A DNA stretch of 64,000 bases, from contig JBNKWI010000001.1 of assembly GCA_050299695.1 (NCBI GenBank), positions 31,662 through 95,661 on the forward strand, given 5' to 3'. A model generated the notes under the pieces. It had not been told where the DNA came from. It saw nothing but the letters and a program-made list of their open reading frames with translations, and searched no databases. The stretch comes from Paracoccaceae bacterium. Lineage in GTDB: Bacteria; Pseudomonadota; Alphaproteobacteria; Rhodobacterales; Rhodobacteraceae. Of this stretch, positions 37,882-48,424 are shown piece by piece; the first letter of the stretch is position 1, and the number at the start of each line of letters is the position of its first letter. The translations under genes were made by a program, and so were the position numbers.

Positions 37882-39858
37882 TCATTCCGCCGCCTCCAAG
37901 GGCTTCGCGGCCACCGGCGCTACGCGTGTATCACGGATTTCCAGCGTCGCACTGATCGACCCTTTCCGGCCATCCTCGTAGGTTACTTCGGTCACCGTCG
38001 AGACCTGCCGCGCCCCGTCGTAAAGCGCCGCGATGAGATCGCCATATTTTTCCTCGATGATCCTCCGCCGTACCTTTCGCGTGCGGGTCAGTTCGCCGTC
38101 GTCGGCGTCGAGCTCCTTGTGCAAGACCAGGAAGCGGTGGATCTGGCAGCCCGCGAGCATCGCGTCGCCGGCCAGCGAGGCGTTCACCTCCTCCACATGG
38201 GCGGCGATCATGTCGAGCACCTGGGAATTCCCGGCCAGCTCCTGGTAGGAGCCGTAGGACACGTTGTTCCGCTCGGCCCAGTTCCCCACCGCGGTCAGGT
38301 CGATATTGATGAAGGCCGCGCAGGTCTCGCGCCCGGCACCGAACACCACCGCCTCGAGAATGTTCGGGTAGAACTTGAGCTTGTTCTCCACGTATTTCGG
38401 CGCGAAGAGGCTCCCGTCCGCCATCTTCCCGACGTCCTTCGCCCGGTCGATGATCCTGAGATGCCCGGTTCCTTCCTCGAAGAACCCCGCGTCCCCGGTG
38501 GCCACCCAACCCTCGGCATCCTTGGTCGAAGCGGTCGACTCGGCGTTCTTGTAGTATTCCACGAAGGTGCCGGGGCTGCGGTAGAACACCTCGCCCGTCT
38601 CGCCGATCCGCACCTCGACGCCCGGCGAGGGTACTCCCACCGTGTCGGCCCGCACCTGACCGTCCGGCTGCTGGGTGATGAAGACCGACGCCTCGGTCTG
38701 CCCGTAGAGCTGCTTCAGGTTGATCCCGAGCGAGCGCCAGAACTCGAAGATCTCCGGCCCGATCGCCTCGCCCGCCGTATAGGCCACACGCACCTTCGAC
38801 ATCCCCGCCCGGTTCCGCACCGGCCCATAGACCAGGAGGTCGCCCAGCCGGTACCACAGCCGGTCCCACGGCCCCACTGGCTTGCCGTCCATCAGGTCCG
38901 GCCCCACCCGCTTCGCATGCGCCATGAAATGGTCGAACATCGCCTTCTTCAAGCGTCCCGCATCCTCCATCCGGATCAGCAGGATGGTGATCCGCTGCTC
39001 GAAATAGCGCGGCGGCGCGAAGAAGTAGGTCGGCCCGATTTCGTGCAGGTTCTCGTACATCGTCTCGGCCGATTCCGGGCAGTTCGTGCAGAACCCGCAC
39101 CAATAGGCCTGGCCCATCGAGAAGATGAAATCGCCGACCCAGGCCATCGGCAGGTAGGCCAGGATCTCCTCGCGCTCGGTCAGCCGGTCGAACTCGGCCG
39201 AGGCCTTCGAGGTCTCGATGATGTTGCGGTTCGACAGGACCACGCCCTTCGGCCGCCCGGTCGTTCCGGAAGTGTAGAGCATCACGCAGGTATCGTCGTA
39301 GCCGAGCCCGCCGGTCCGCCGCCGCAGCTCGTCGTCGAACCGCTCATGTGCCGCGCGGCCCGTGGCCTGCACGTCGGCCAGCGCGTTCATCCGGCTGTGG
39401 TCGTATTTCCGCATGCCCCGCCGGTCGAGATAGAGGATCTCCTCCACATTCGGCACGCGGTCGGCGATCTCGAGCACTTTGTCGACCTGCTCCTGGTCCT
39501 CGGCCACCACGAACCGCGCGCCGCAATGGTCGAGCACGTAGGCCATTTCGTCGGCAACCGCATCTTGGTAGAGCGGCACCGGGATCGCGCCGCACATCTG
39601 TGCGGCCACCATCGACCAGTAGAGCGCGGGCCGGTTCGCGCCGATGACCGCCACGTGGTCGCCGGGCGCGAGACCCAGTTCGAGGAACCCCAGCGCCATC
39701 GCCCGGATCTCGGCCTCGGTCTCAGCCCAGGTCCAGCTCTGCCAGATCCCGTATTCCTTCTCGCGATAGGCCGGGCGCGCCGCGAACAGCCGCGCGTTCC
39801 GCGCCAGAAGCGCCGGAATCGAGGCGAGATCTCCCGGACCTTTCGCCGGTTCGTCCAC
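37882..39858 (-). CDS. Long-chain acyl-CoA ligase (AMP-binding, FadD-like)
   Basis: YTSGTTGRPKG, YGQTE, TGD, IIDRAKD, GELTRTRKVRR; GTG start after GGAGG. Confidence 0.92.
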   Translation of the reverse strand: MDEPAKGPGDLASIPALLARNARLFAARPAYREKEYGIWQSWTWAETEAEIRAMALGFLELGLAPGDHVAVIGANRPALYWSMVAAQMCGAIPVPLYQDAVADEMAYVLDHCGARFVVAEDQEQVDKVLEIADRVPNVEEILYLDRRGMRKYDHSRMNALADVQATGRAAHERFDDELRRRTGGLGYDDTCVMLYTSGTTGRPKGVVLSNRNIIETSKASAEFDRLTEREEILAYLPMAWVGDFIFSMGQAYWCGFCTNCPESAETMYENLHEIGPTYFFAPPRYFEQRITILLIRMEDAGRLKKAMFDHFMAHAKRVGPDLMDGKPVGPWDRLWYRLGDLLVYGPVRNRAGMSKVRVAYTAGEAIGPEIFEFWRSLGINLKQLYGQTEASVFITQQPDGQVRADTVGVPSPGVEVRIGETGEVFYRSPGTFVEYYKNAESTASTKDAEGWVATGDAGFFEEGTGHLRIIDRAKDVGKMADGSLFAPKYVENKLKFYPNILEAVVFGAGRETCAAFINIDLTAVGNWAERNNVSYGSYQELAGNSQVLDMIAAHVEEVNASLAGDAMLAGCQIHRFLVLHKELDADDGELTRTRKVRRRIIEEKYGDLIAALYDGARQVSTVTEVTYEDGRKGSISATLEIRDTRVAPVAAKPLEAAE

Positions 39859-39916
39859 GTCTTTCCTCCCCGCGGCTCTTGCGGCCGCGCCGGCCCCTCC
39901 CCGGGCCGTTTCCGAG

Positions 39917-39945
39917 ATCTTTCGCAATGTCGCGCGGCAGGTCAA
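39917..39945 (-). promoter_or_regulatory. Sigma70-type promoter of the acyl-CoA ligase
   Basis: TTGACC-N17-AAAGAT on the minus strand. Confidence 0.5.
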
Positions 39946-39954
39946 ATCAATTTT

Positions 39955-39968
39955 TGAACGCACGTTCA
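39955..39968. promoter_or_regulatory. Palindromic operator
   Basis: TGAACG-CA-CGTTCA in AT-rich flanks. Confidence 0.65.
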
Positions 39969-40025
39969 TTTAACCGCACCGAGAGCGGCGTTCCGCCCCG
40001 CGCGCGAACATGCTAGAGATCGGGC

Positions 40026-40187
40026 ATGGACCCGGTCTCGCTGGTTTTCTACGCCGCCGTCTGCGGCCTCCTGAGCGTTTTCGCGCCGCGTCTCGGCTCG
40101 CCCGCCACACGGCTTGGCGTGGGTGCGGTCGTCGGCCTCCTCGCAGCGACGATCCTGCCCGCGCTGCGTGGCGCATTCGGCTTCTGA
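40026..40187 (+). CDS. Small membrane protein (53 aa; absent from the ORF track)
   Basis: MDPVSLVFYAAVCGLLSVFAPRLGSPATRLGVGAVVGLLAATILPALRGAFGF; two hydrophobic helices; fills the gap. Confidence 0.75.
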   Translation: MDPVSLVFYAAVCGLLSVFAPRLGSPATRLGVGAVVGLLAATILPALRGAFGF

Positions 40188-40245
40188 CCGACCGGTTGGC
40201 AAGGCGTCCCCGCCCCTGTAGTCCGTGCCCCGAACGGAGGACGAC

Positions 40246-40890
40246 ATGGGCGAGATCATGCTGGTCCGGCACGGCCAGGCCAATTCGGCAGCGCAGGACG
40301 AAGACGGCTACGACCGGCTGAGCGACCTCGGCCGCGACCAGGCGCGCTGGCTCGGCGAATGGCTCGCGGGGCAGGAGGCGCGGTTCGACCGGGTGCTCTC
40401 GGGCAGCCTTCTCCGCCACCGGCAGACGGCCGCGGCGATGGGCCATCCCGATCCGGAAATCGACCCGCGTCTGAACGAAATGGACTATTTCAACCTCGGC
40501 GCCGCGCTCGAGGCGCGCCACGGGGTGCCGATGCCGGGACCGGACGAATTCGCGCTGCACGCGCCGCAGGTGATGGAGGCCTGGCACCGCGCCGAGATCC
40601 GCGGCAACGAGAGCTTCGCCGAGTTCGAAACCCGCGTGACCTCGGTCTTCTCCGAAGCCGCGGTCGAGGGGCGGCGCGTGCTCTGCATCACCTCGGGCGG
40701 GGTGATCGGCATGTGCGTGCGCCATCTCCTCGGGCTCGACCCCACGCGGATGGCGCAGGTCCTCCTGCCGATCATGAACAGCTCGATCCACCGGATCAGC
40801 GTCCAGCCGCACGGGGTCTACCTCGCGGGCTTCAACGCCGTCCCGCACCTGGAGCATCCCGACCGCGCCTTCGCGCGAACGCATTACTGA
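40246..40890 (+). CDS. Histidine phosphatase family protein
   Basis: LVRHGQA, SLLRHRQTA, LNE; SD GGAGG. Confidence 0.9.
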   Translation: MGEIMLVRHGQANSAAQDEDGYDRLSDLGRDQARWLGEWLAGQEARFDRVLSGSLLRHRQTAAAMGHPDPEIDPRLNEMDYFNLGAALEARHGVPMPGPDEFALHAPQVMEAWHRAEIRGNESFAEFETRVTSVFSEAAVEGRRVLCITSGGVIGMCVRHLLGLDPTRMAQVLLPIMNSSIHRISVQPHGVYLAGFNAVPHLEHPDRAFARTHY

Positions 40891-40927
40891 AGCGTCCGGA
40901 AGTCGTTCCGAAAGGACTTGCCCGCCC

Positions 40928-41962
40928 TCAGCCGACGATCCGCCGGATCGCTGAGATCCAGTTCCCGTAGCAGAGCTTCTCGATCAGGGCCGGACCGTAA
41001 CCGGCACGGCCCATCTCCTCGCGCAAGACACCCAGTCCGGCGACCGAGCCGATTTCCTCAGGCACCACCGCGCCGTCGAAATCGGACCCGAGCCCCACAT
41101 GGTCTTCGCCTGCGTGCTCGATCATGTGGTCGAGATGCCGGATCATCCAGTCGAGCGCGCCGCCTGGCACCATCCGCCCGTCCCCCCGCAGGAAGGCCGT
41201 GGCGAAGTTGAGCCCGACCATCCCGCCCGTCTCGCCGATCGCGCGGAGCTGGTCGTCGTCGAGGTTCCGAGCGGTCGGACAGACCGCGTGCGCGTTGGAA
41301 TGGGTCGCCACCACCGGCAGGCCCATCTCCGCAATGTCGAAGAATCCCTTCCGGTTCAGGTGGCTGGTATCGACGATCATCCGCATCTCCGCCGCCGCCC
41401 GCACCAGGCGGCGCCCCGCATCGGTCAGCCCCGGACCGATATCCGCGTCCGACGGGAAGCGGAACGGTACGCCATGGCCGAAGATCGTCGGGCGGCTCCA
41501 GACAGGCCCGATCGAGCGCAGGCCAAGCGCGTGGAGCCAGTCCAGTTCCTCCAGATCCGGGCCGATCGCCTCCGCGCCCTCGAGATGCATCAGCGCGGCC
41601 ATGGTATCCGCCGCCATCGCCGCTTCGATCTCGTCCGCGCTCCGGCAGAGCGCCAGGTCGCCGCGCCGGTCGAGTTCCAGGAGGATCTCGGCCTGTTCGC
41701 TCACCGCCAGACGCGCGGCGTCGTGCGGCAAGGGGTCGGGCAGCGGCAGGTCGTAGGGCGGATGCGCGAGCGCCGCCATGTCGAACGGCCCCGGGCTCGG
41801 CACGAAAAGCGCGAAGAACCCGCCCGCGAAGCCGCCCGCCCGGGCGCGGGCCAGGTCGATGTGTCCAACCCCGCCGTCGCGGAACCCGTCCAACGCCTGA
41901 GCCCCGCCCTTCCACAGCCGCAGGATCGCGTCGTTGTGCCCGTCGAAGACCGGGGGTGTCAC
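40928..41962 (-). CDS. Membrane dipeptidase family (peptidase M19)
   Basis: FDGHND, HLEGAE, DTSH, THSN, LGSDFDG. Confidence 0.92.
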   Translation of the reverse strand: MTPPVFDGHNDAILRLWKGGAQALDGFRDGGVGHIDLARARAGGFAGGFFALFVPSPGPFDMAALAHPPYDLPLPDPLPHDAARLAVSEQAEILLELDRRGDLALCRSADEIEAAMAADTMAALMHLEGAEAIGPDLEELDWLHALGLRSIGPVWSRPTIFGHGVPFRFPSDADIGPGLTDAGRRLVRAAAEMRMIVDTSHLNRKGFFDIAEMGLPVVATHSNAHAVCPTARNLDDDQLRAIGETGGMVGLNFATAFLRGDGRMVPGGALDWMIRHLDHMIEHAGEDHVGLGSDFDGAVVPEEIGSVAGLGVLREEMGRAGYGPALIEKLCYGNWISAIRRIVG

Positions 41963-42286
41963 CTAGTGTTCCCTCAGGTGATCCTCGGCGTCGGTCACGT
42001 CGATTCCCATCGCCTCCAGCCCGGCCTCGAGATAATCGGAAAGTTGCGGGATACCGGAGAGGTATTCCTCGGTCGGCGCCGTCGCCTCGGCCCGCGCGGT
42101 CCGCTTGGCCTCCTCGAACTCCGAGGCGTCGAAGCTGTCGCGCCCGACCCACATCAGCGCCACGAGATTGGCCGCCTCGTCCTCGTTCAGCCCCGAAATG
42201 TAGTCACGGAGATGCCGGCTTTCCGGGCCGTATTCACGGGCCAGAAAGATCACCCGGACGACCTTGCCGGTGGAGATGTTGAGCAT
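41963..42286 (-). CDS. DUF3775 domain protein
   Basis: LNEDEAANLVALMWVGR, YLSGIPQLSDYLEAGL. Confidence 0.85.
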   Translation of the reverse strand: MLNISTGKVVRVIFLAREYGPESRHLRDYISGLNEDEAANLVALMWVGRDSFDASEFEEAKRTARAEATAPTEEYLSGIPQLSDYLEAGLEAMGIDVTDAEDHLREH

Positions 42287-42373
42287 GCGCGGGCGCTCCT
42301 CTCGTTTCGCTCCAGTGAAGCGTGATTGCCCCGGGCAGGCAAGGGAGAACGGCTTGATCGCGCGGGGCGACAT

Positions 42374-42527
42374 GGGTGCGGATCGGCCCGCCGAAATCCG
42401 ATCCCAAGGGCCGTCCCTCGCCAGATTCAGGGCCGGCGGCGAGCCCGGAAGAGACCCCGCACTCTCAACGGTCGAGTCCCAGCCCCCTGCGAAATCGACT
42501 GGGTCACCAAGTCGGCGCCGCCACCTC
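42374..42527 (+). ncRNA. Candidate structured ncRNA, ~150-nt irregular rod (6S RNA-like); ends and strand approximate
   Basis: Nested pairings GGTG/CACC, GCCGA/TCGGC, CCCA/TGGG, TCGC/GCGA, GGGCCGGC/GTCGAGTCC, CCG/CGG, GAGA/TCTC in a 300-bp intergenic gap. Confidence 0.45.
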
Positions 42528-42586
42528 GAAGGCGCCGCGCAGGTGCGCCATCGTCGGCGCGGATCCTCGGAAGACACCTTCCCCGC

Positions 42587-43768
42587 TTATTCAGCCGCCG
42601 TGGGAGCCCTGAGCGCGCCCATGGGCGCCGCATCGGCATCCTTCGCCAGCTCCTCGAAATCGAAACTGTCGAGCCGCGCCGCGCGCTTGCCCGCCCGCTC
42701 GGCGGCGATGCCGATCCCTTCGACATCCTCCCGCGCCTGCCGGAAATGGTTGTCGAGCTTCCCCACACGCTCTACCACCAGTTCCACGTCGCGGTGGAGA
42801 AGCCGGAGCGCCTTGCGTATGGCGCCCGCCTGCTCGCGCATCCGAGCATCCTTCAGGATCGCCCGCATCGTGTTGAGCGTGGCCATGCAGGTCGTGGGCG
42901 AAACGATCCAGACCCGCGCCGCGAAGCCCTCGCGCACCAGATCGGCGAAATTCGCGTGCAGCTCGGCATAGACCGCCTCTGACGGGAGGAACATCAGCGC
43001 GCCGTCCGCCGTCTCTCCATCCAGAACGTAGCGCTCCGAGATCGCCTTGATATGCGCGCGCAAGGCCACCCGCATCGCCTTCTGCGCCTCGCTCCGCTCC
43101 CATTGCGTGCCGGCCGCGCGCAACGCCTCGTAGGCCTCCAGGGGAAACTTCGCGTCGATCACGATCGGCCCCGGCGGGTTCGGCAAATGCACGAGGCAAT
43201 CGGCCCGGCGGCCGTTCGACAGCGTGTGCTGGAACGCGTAGGCGTCGGGCGGCAGCGCCTTCGAGACGATCTCGTTCAGCTGGATCTCCCCGAACGCACC
43301 GCGCGTCTGCTTGTTCGACAGGATGTCCTGCAGGCCCAGCACGTCGCCCGAGAGCTTCTCGATATTCGCCTGCGCCCGGTCGATCGTCTCCAGCCGCTGC
43401 TGCAACTCGCCGAGCGACCGGGCCGTCCGCGTCGCCGTCCCTGCAAGGTTCTCGTTCATCCGCTGCGTCACCTCGGCCAGCCGCGCCTCCATCAGCTTCA
43501 TCATGCCGTTCTGCGCTGTGATCTGTGCCTCGGACACGTGCGCGAGCCCGCCCGAGAGCCGCTCCTGCCCGTCCGACAGCCCCTGCACGCGGGTGCCCAG
43601 CGTCTCGAGGTGCTGCGCGAGCGGCACCACCATCCGCGCCGACCGGCCCGCTCGGGCCGCGATCACGAACAGCAGGACCAGGACCGCCAGGATCAGCGGC
43701 GCCCCCGCCAGAACGGCCATCACGGCCGGGTCGGATAGGTCGATCGCGGTGTCGCCGATGGTGATCAT
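42587..43768 (-). CDS. rmuC: DNA recombination protein RmuC
   Basis: [29 protein letters not shown]; ATGA overlap with mutL. Confidence 0.95.
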   Translation of the reverse strand: MITIGDTAIDLSDPAVMAVLAGAPLILAVLVLLFVIAARAGRSARMVVPLAQHLETLGTRVQGLSDGQERLSGGLAHVSEAQITAQNGMMKLMEARLAEVTQRMNENLAGTATRTARSLGELQQRLETIDRAQANIEKLSGDVLGLQDILSNKQTRGAFGEIQLNEIVSKALPPDAYAFQHTLSNGRRADCLVHLPNPPGPIVIDAKFPLEAYEALRAAGTQWERSEAQKAMRVALRAHIKAISERYVLDGETADGALMFLPSEAVYAELHANFADLVREGFAARVWIVSPTTCMATLNTMRAILKDARMREQAGAIRKALRLLHRDVELVVERVGKLDNHFRQAREDVEGIGIAAERAGKRAARLDSFDFEELAKDADAAPMGALRAPTAAE

Positions 43769-45606
43769 GTCCGCCCGAACAGCCTCTCGATATCGCCCAG
43801 TTTCAACTCCACATAGGTGGGCCGGCCGTGATTGCACTGGCCCGAATGCGGCGTGGCCTCCATTTCGCGCAGGAGCGCGTTCATCTCCTCGGCCCCCATC
43901 CGCCGCCCGGCCCGGACCGAGCCGTGGCAGGCCACCCGCGACAGCACCGCCTCGATCCGCCCCTGCACGGTGAGCGGCCCGTCGCCCGCGCCGATCTCGT
44001 CCAAGACGTCGCGCAAAAGCGCCGCCGCATCGACATTGCCCAGAAGCGCCGGCGTCGCGCGCACCGCCACCGCGCCAGGCCCAAAGGGCTCGATATCGAG
44101 CCCCAGCCGCGCGAGCGCCTCTGCCTCGCCCAAGAGCTCCGCCGCATCGGCCTCGGACAGCTCGACGATCTCCGGAACCAATAGCGCCTGCGCCGCGATC
44201 CCGCTCTCCGCCGCCTGCCGTTTCAGCCGCTCGTAGACCAGCCGCTCATGCGCGGCATGGGCATCGACCAGCACAATCCCGTCGGCGGTTTGCGCCACGA
44301 TATAGGTCTCGTGAAGCTGCGCCCTTGCGGCGCCCAGCGGGTGGTCCGTCGCGGGCATATCCGGCGCAGGCTCGGCGCGCGCCGCAGGTGCGAAGACACC
44401 GCCGGCCTCAGCGAATCCGTCAACGGCGGGCCACGATTTCCTATCGGAAATCGTCCCGGAAATCGTGCGATTTCCGGGCGCCCGGTCCATCTGGTAGACC
44501 CGCGCCTCGGGCGCCCGGAACGCGCCGAGCGTCGCGCCGGCGACCGTGGACGAGGCCCTGTGCCCCGCCCCGGCCAGAGCGTGCCGCACCCCCGAGACGA
44601 CCAACCCCCGCGCCACCCCCGGATCGCGGAACCGCACCTCGGATTTCGCCGGATGCACGTTCACGTCCACCAGGTGCGGGTCGCAGTCGATGAACAAGGC
44701 CGCCGCCGGATGCCGGTCGCGCGACAGGAAATCCATGTAGGCCGCCCGCAGCGCGCCAATCAGGAGCTTGTCCCGCACCGGCCGCCCGTTCACGAACAGG
44801 TACTGCGCCACAGCTGCGCCGCGCGAATAGGTGGGCAGCGCCGCAAAGCCGGTCAGCCTCAGCCCCTCGCGCTCGGCATCGACCGCGACGGAGTTCGACG
44901 CGAATTCTGCGCCCAACACCGCCGACAACCGCCCACGGAGCGCATCGAGCAGATCGCCGGTCTCGGGCGTAGCGCGGAACACGACCCGCGCAGAACTGCC
45001 CGTCAGGTCGCGCAGCTCGAAGGCCACGGCGGGCTCGGCCATCGCGAGGCGTTTGACCACGTCCGCGATCGCCTGCGCCTCGGCCCGGTCGCTCCGGAGG
45101 AACTTCAGCCGCGCCGGCGTCGCGAAGAACAGGTCGCGCAGTTCGACGATGGTGCCCTGCCGCGCCGCCTCCGGCCGGAGCGGCCCCTCGCGCCCGCCCG
45201 TCACCTCGATCCTGTGCGCCTCGCCGCCCGCCACCCGCGACGTCAGCGCGAGCCGCCCGACGGCACCGAGCGACGCCAGCGCTTCGCCGCGAAACCCGAA
45301 AGTGTGGATGTCGAGAAGGTCGCTGCCGTCGATCTTCGAGGTCGCATGCCGCGCCAGCGCCAGCGGCATTTCCGAAGCCGGAATCCCGCAGCCGTCGTCT
45401 GTCACCCGGATCAGCGTGCGCCCGCCATCGGCATAGTCGATCCCCACTCGCATCGCGCCGGCATCGAGCGCATTCTCGACGAGTTCCTTCACCGCCGAGG
45501 CGGGCCGCTCGACGACCTCGCCCGCCGCGATGCGGTTCACGGCCGCCTCGTCCAGCGGCCGGATCCGCCGCGGAACTGCGCTTATCTTGGGGTCGTCAAG
45601 GGACAT
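43765..45606 (-). CDS. mutL: DNA mismatch repair endonuclease MutL
   Basis: [52 protein letters not shown]. Confidence 0.97.
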   Translation of the reverse strand: MSLDDPKISAVPRRIRPLDEAAVNRIAAGEVVERPASAVKELVENALDAGAMRVGIDYADGGRTLIRVTDDGCGIPASEMPLALARHATSKIDGSDLLDIHTFGFRGEALASLGAVGRLALTSRVAGGEAHRIEVTGGREGPLRPEAARQGTIVELRDLFFATPARLKFLRSDRAEAQAIADVVKRLAMAEPAVAFELRDLTGSSARVVFRATPETGDLLDALRGRLSAVLGAEFASNSVAVDAEREGLRLTGFAALPTYSRGAAVAQYLFVNGRPVRDKLLIGALRAAYMDFLSRDRHPAAALFIDCDPHLVDVNVHPAKSEVRFRDPGVARGLVVSGVRHALAGAGHRASSTVAGATLGAFRAPEARVYQMDRAPGNRTISGTISDRKSWPAVDGFAEAGGVFAPAARAEPAPDMPATDHPLGAARAQLHETYIVAQTADGIVLVDAHAAHERLVYERLKRQAAESGIAAQALLVPEIVELSEADAAELLGEAEALARLGLDIEPFGPGAVAVRATPALLGNVDAAALLRDVLDEIGAGDGPLTVQGRIEAVLSRVACHGSVRAGRRMGAEEMNALLREMEATPHSGQCNHGRPTYVELKLGDIERLFGRT

Positions 45607-45661
45607 GCTACAAGAGGTAGCATGTCCCGCCGCGATTCTACAATCTCTCTCGGTGCCGGAG

Positions 45662-46975
45662 CTAGTTCGCCGGCGACACCGCCGCCTCGGGGCCGACAAC
45701 GATGAAACCCAGCTCATCGGGCCGGTAGATCCGCTTCGCCACCCGGTTCGCCTCGGCAAGCGTCACCGCGTTCACCTTGTCGTTCCGTGTCGCGATATAG
45801 TCGATCGGCAACCCGTCCATCTGCATTCCGACGAGGATCTGCGCGATGGTCCCGTTGCCGTCGAAGCGCAGCGGATAGGCACCCGTTAGGTAGAGCTTCG
45901 CCGCCTCCAGCTCGTCCTCCGTGACGCCCTCCTCGGCAATCCGCGCCCATTCCGCGCGCACCACGTCGATCGTCTCGGGCATCCGCTCGGCCACCGTCGC
46001 TACCTGCCCGATCGCCATGGCGCCGAGATCCATCGGCACCAGATAGGCGCCGATCCCGTAGGTCAGCCCGCGCTTCTCGCGCACCTCCTGGGTCAGCCGC
46101 GAAGAGACCCCGTGGCCGCCCAGGATCTCGCTCAGAATGTAGGCCGCGAAGAAATCCGGGTCGTCGCGCTCGATACCTTCATGGCCAAAGATCGCCACTG
46201 CCTGTGGCGTGTCGAAATCGACGACCGTCTCATCCGCAGGCAGCTGGAACGTTGCCTTGGGCGGCAGCGGCGCGCCGGCCTCGGGGAGATCGCCCAGAAG
46301 CGTGTCGAGCACCGCCGAGAGCTCCTCCGGCGTGATGTCGCCCACCGCACCCACATAGACCCGGTCCTTAGCGATGACCGCCTGGAACGCCGCCACCATG
46401 TCGTCGCGGGTCAGCGCCGAGACGCTTTCGAGGCTGCCCTCCTGCGGCGTGCCGTAGGGGTGGTCGCCCCAGGCGAGTGCGTCGAACTTCGCGCGCGCGA
46501 TCTCGCCCGGATCGGTGGCATCCGAGCGGATCCCCGAGATCACCTGCGCCCGCACCCGCTCGAGCGCGTCCTCGGAGAAGGTCGGATCGGTCAGCGCCTG
46601 CTTGAGGAGAGCCACCGAGGCGTCGCGGTTCTCGGTCAGGAAGCGGAACGAGACCGAGAGCGTGTCGCGGCCGCTGTCAAAGCGCATCGAGGACGCGAAC
46701 GCCTCGCGCGCCGCTGCGAATTCCTGGCTGTCCATCTCGCCAGAGCCTTCCTCGATCAGCCCGGTCATCAGGTTGACCGCGCCGCGCTTGCCCGGCGCAT
46801 CGAGAGAGGTGCCGCCGTGGAACCGGATTTCGATAGCCGCGAAAGGAATCGAATGCTCCTCGACCAGCCAGGCAGTGAACCCGCCCGGGGTTTTCACGTC
46901 TTCGATATCAACGGCGGCCATGCCAGAAAGCGGCAGAAACGCCGTGACGACGGCGGCGAAAACGGCGCGGATCAT
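45662..46975 (-). CDS. M16 family peptidase, non-catalytic subunit
   Basis: No HXXEH; carries VREKRGLTY; signal peptide. Confidence 0.9.
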   Translation of the reverse strand: MIRAVFAAVVTAFLPLSGMAAVDIEDVKTPGGFTAWLVEEHSIPFAAIEIRFHGGTSLDAPGKRGAVNLMTGLIEEGSGEMDSQEFAAAREAFASSMRFDSGRDTLSVSFRFLTENRDASVALLKQALTDPTFSEDALERVRAQVISGIRSDATDPGEIARAKFDALAWGDHPYGTPQEGSLESVSALTRDDMVAAFQAVIAKDRVYVGAVGDITPEELSAVLDTLLGDLPEAGAPLPPKATFQLPADETVVDFDTPQAVAIFGHEGIERDDPDFFAAYILSEILGGHGVSSRLTQEVREKRGLTYGIGAYLVPMDLGAMAIGQVATVAERMPETIDVVRAEWARIAEEGVTEDELEAAKLYLTGAYPLRFDGNGTIAQILVGMQMDGLPIDYIATRNDKVNAVTLAEANRVAKRIYRPDELGFIVVGPEAAVSPAN

Positions 46976-48345
46976 TGCATCACCTCCGGTTCGGTACCCC
47001 GGGGTGCGCTCAGCCATGCGGTCACCGCTTGGCGCCGGTCCATCACCTTGCGCGCGGCCGCCATGATCTCGTCCTCCGAAATATCGGCGAGGAGATCGGG
47101 CCAGGCCTCGATATCCTCGAGCGTCAGCCCTGATGTCAGCGCGTTGCCGTAGGAATTCGCCAACCCCTCGATATCGTCCTCGCGATAGATCAGCGAGGCG
47201 CGGATCTGCGTCTTTATCCGGGCAAGCTGGTCGTCGTCGATTCCTTCCTCGAGGAACGCCGCGAGCGCCTTGTCGAGCGCCGCCTCGCCCTCGGCAAGGC
47301 TCATACCCTCGGCCGGCACGGTGACTACGCCGAAAGTCGTCTCGTCGAGCGAAGTGCCGTCGTAGAAGGCCGAAGTATAGATCGAATCCTGCGTCTCGAA
47401 CTGCAGCTTCTGCGCAAGAACCGAGGTGATCCCCGACCCGCCCAGCACCTGCGACAACAACGTCAGCGCTGCCGCCTCGCGCTGGTCGCCCGGATTGCGC
47501 TCGGGAGCGAGATAGGTGCGGATCACCACCGGTTGCGCCACGCGCGGATCTTCCATGATGACGCGGCGCTCGGCGATCTGCGGCGGTTCGGTCACCCGGT
47601 GGCGCACATTGATCGCCGGGTTCGCAGGGATCGGTCCATAGTGCTTTTCAGCGAGCGCCCGCACCTCGTCGGGCGTCACGTCGCCCGCGACCACCAGAGT
47701 CGCGTTGTTCGGCGCATAGTGCAGCCGGTAGAAGGCGAGCGCGTCGTCGCGGGTCAGCGCCTCGACCTCGTGCTTCCAGCCGATGATCGGCTTGCCGTAG
47801 GGGTGGTTCAGGTATTGCGCCGCGCCGCGCTGTTCGGCCAGCAACGCACCCGGGTCGTTCTCGGTGCGCATGTTACGCTCTTCAAGCACCACCTGGCGTT
47901 CGGCATCCACCGATTCCGGATCGATGATGAGATTGACCATACGGTCCGCTTCCATCTCCATCATCAGGTCCAGCCGGTCGGCCGCGACCCGCTGGAAATA
48001 GGCGGTGTAGTCCTGCGAGGTGAAGGCGTTGTCCGACCCGCCATTGGCGGCGACGGTGTCGGAAAAGACCCCCTCGGGCACCGTTTCGGTACCGTTGAAC
48101 ATCAGGTGTTCGAGGAAATGCGCGAGGCCCGACTTGCCCGGCTCCTCGTCGGCGGCGCCGACCCGGTACCAGACCATCTGCACCACGACCGGAGCGCGGT
48201 GATCTTCCAGCACCACCACGTCGAGCCCGTTCTCCAGCGTGAAGGACGTGACATCGGCGGCTTGGGCGGGTTTCGAAAGGGGAACGGTTGCGGCGGCACT
48301 CAGGGCGAACACGCAGGCCAGGCCTGCAACGCGTCGTCGGATCAT
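46972..48345 (-). CDS. M16 family zinc peptidase, catalytic subunit
   Basis: AHFLEHLMF, NAFTSQDYT; signal peptide. Confidence 0.93.
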   Translation of the reverse strand: MIRRRVAGLACVFALSAAATVPLSKPAQAADVTSFTLENGLDVVVLEDHRAPVVVQMVWYRVGAADEEPGKSGLAHFLEHLMFNGTETVPEGVFSDTVAANGGSDNAFTSQDYTAYFQRVAADRLDLMMEMEADRMVNLIIDPESVDAERQVVLEERNMRTENDPGALLAEQRGAAQYLNHPYGKPIIGWKHEVEALTRDDALAFYRLHYAPNNATLVVAGDVTPDEVRALAEKHYGPIPANPAINVRHRVTEPPQIAERRVIMEDPRVAQPVVIRTYLAPERNPGDQREAAALTLLSQVLGGSGITSVLAQKLQFETQDSIYTSAFYDGTSLDETTFGVVTVPAEGMSLAEGEAALDKALAAFLEEGIDDDQLARIKTQIRASLIYREDDIEGLANSYGNALTSGLTLEDIEAWPDLLADISEDEIMAAARKVMDRRQAVTAWLSAPRGTEPEVMQ

Positions 48346-48424
48346 CGGCGGTCTCTCCGTCTGCTCTGGGCGACAGGTACGTCGTTCCCGCGCCGGTTCA
48401 ACCCCACCCAAGGTCTTGTGATCG

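Noticed and set aside
37580-37885. 101-aa minus-strand ORF with ATGA overlap to the ligase stop
   Set aside because: Runs through AT-rich promoter-like DNA with poor codons; the plus-strand 51-aa ORF has the better SD and codon usage. Not fully excluded
42380-42470. Cobalamin or TPP riboswitch
   Set aside because: Only fragments resemble them; the core GCAACTGT (B12) and CTGAGA/ACCTGAT with P5 (TPP) elements are absent and neighbouring genes are unrelated
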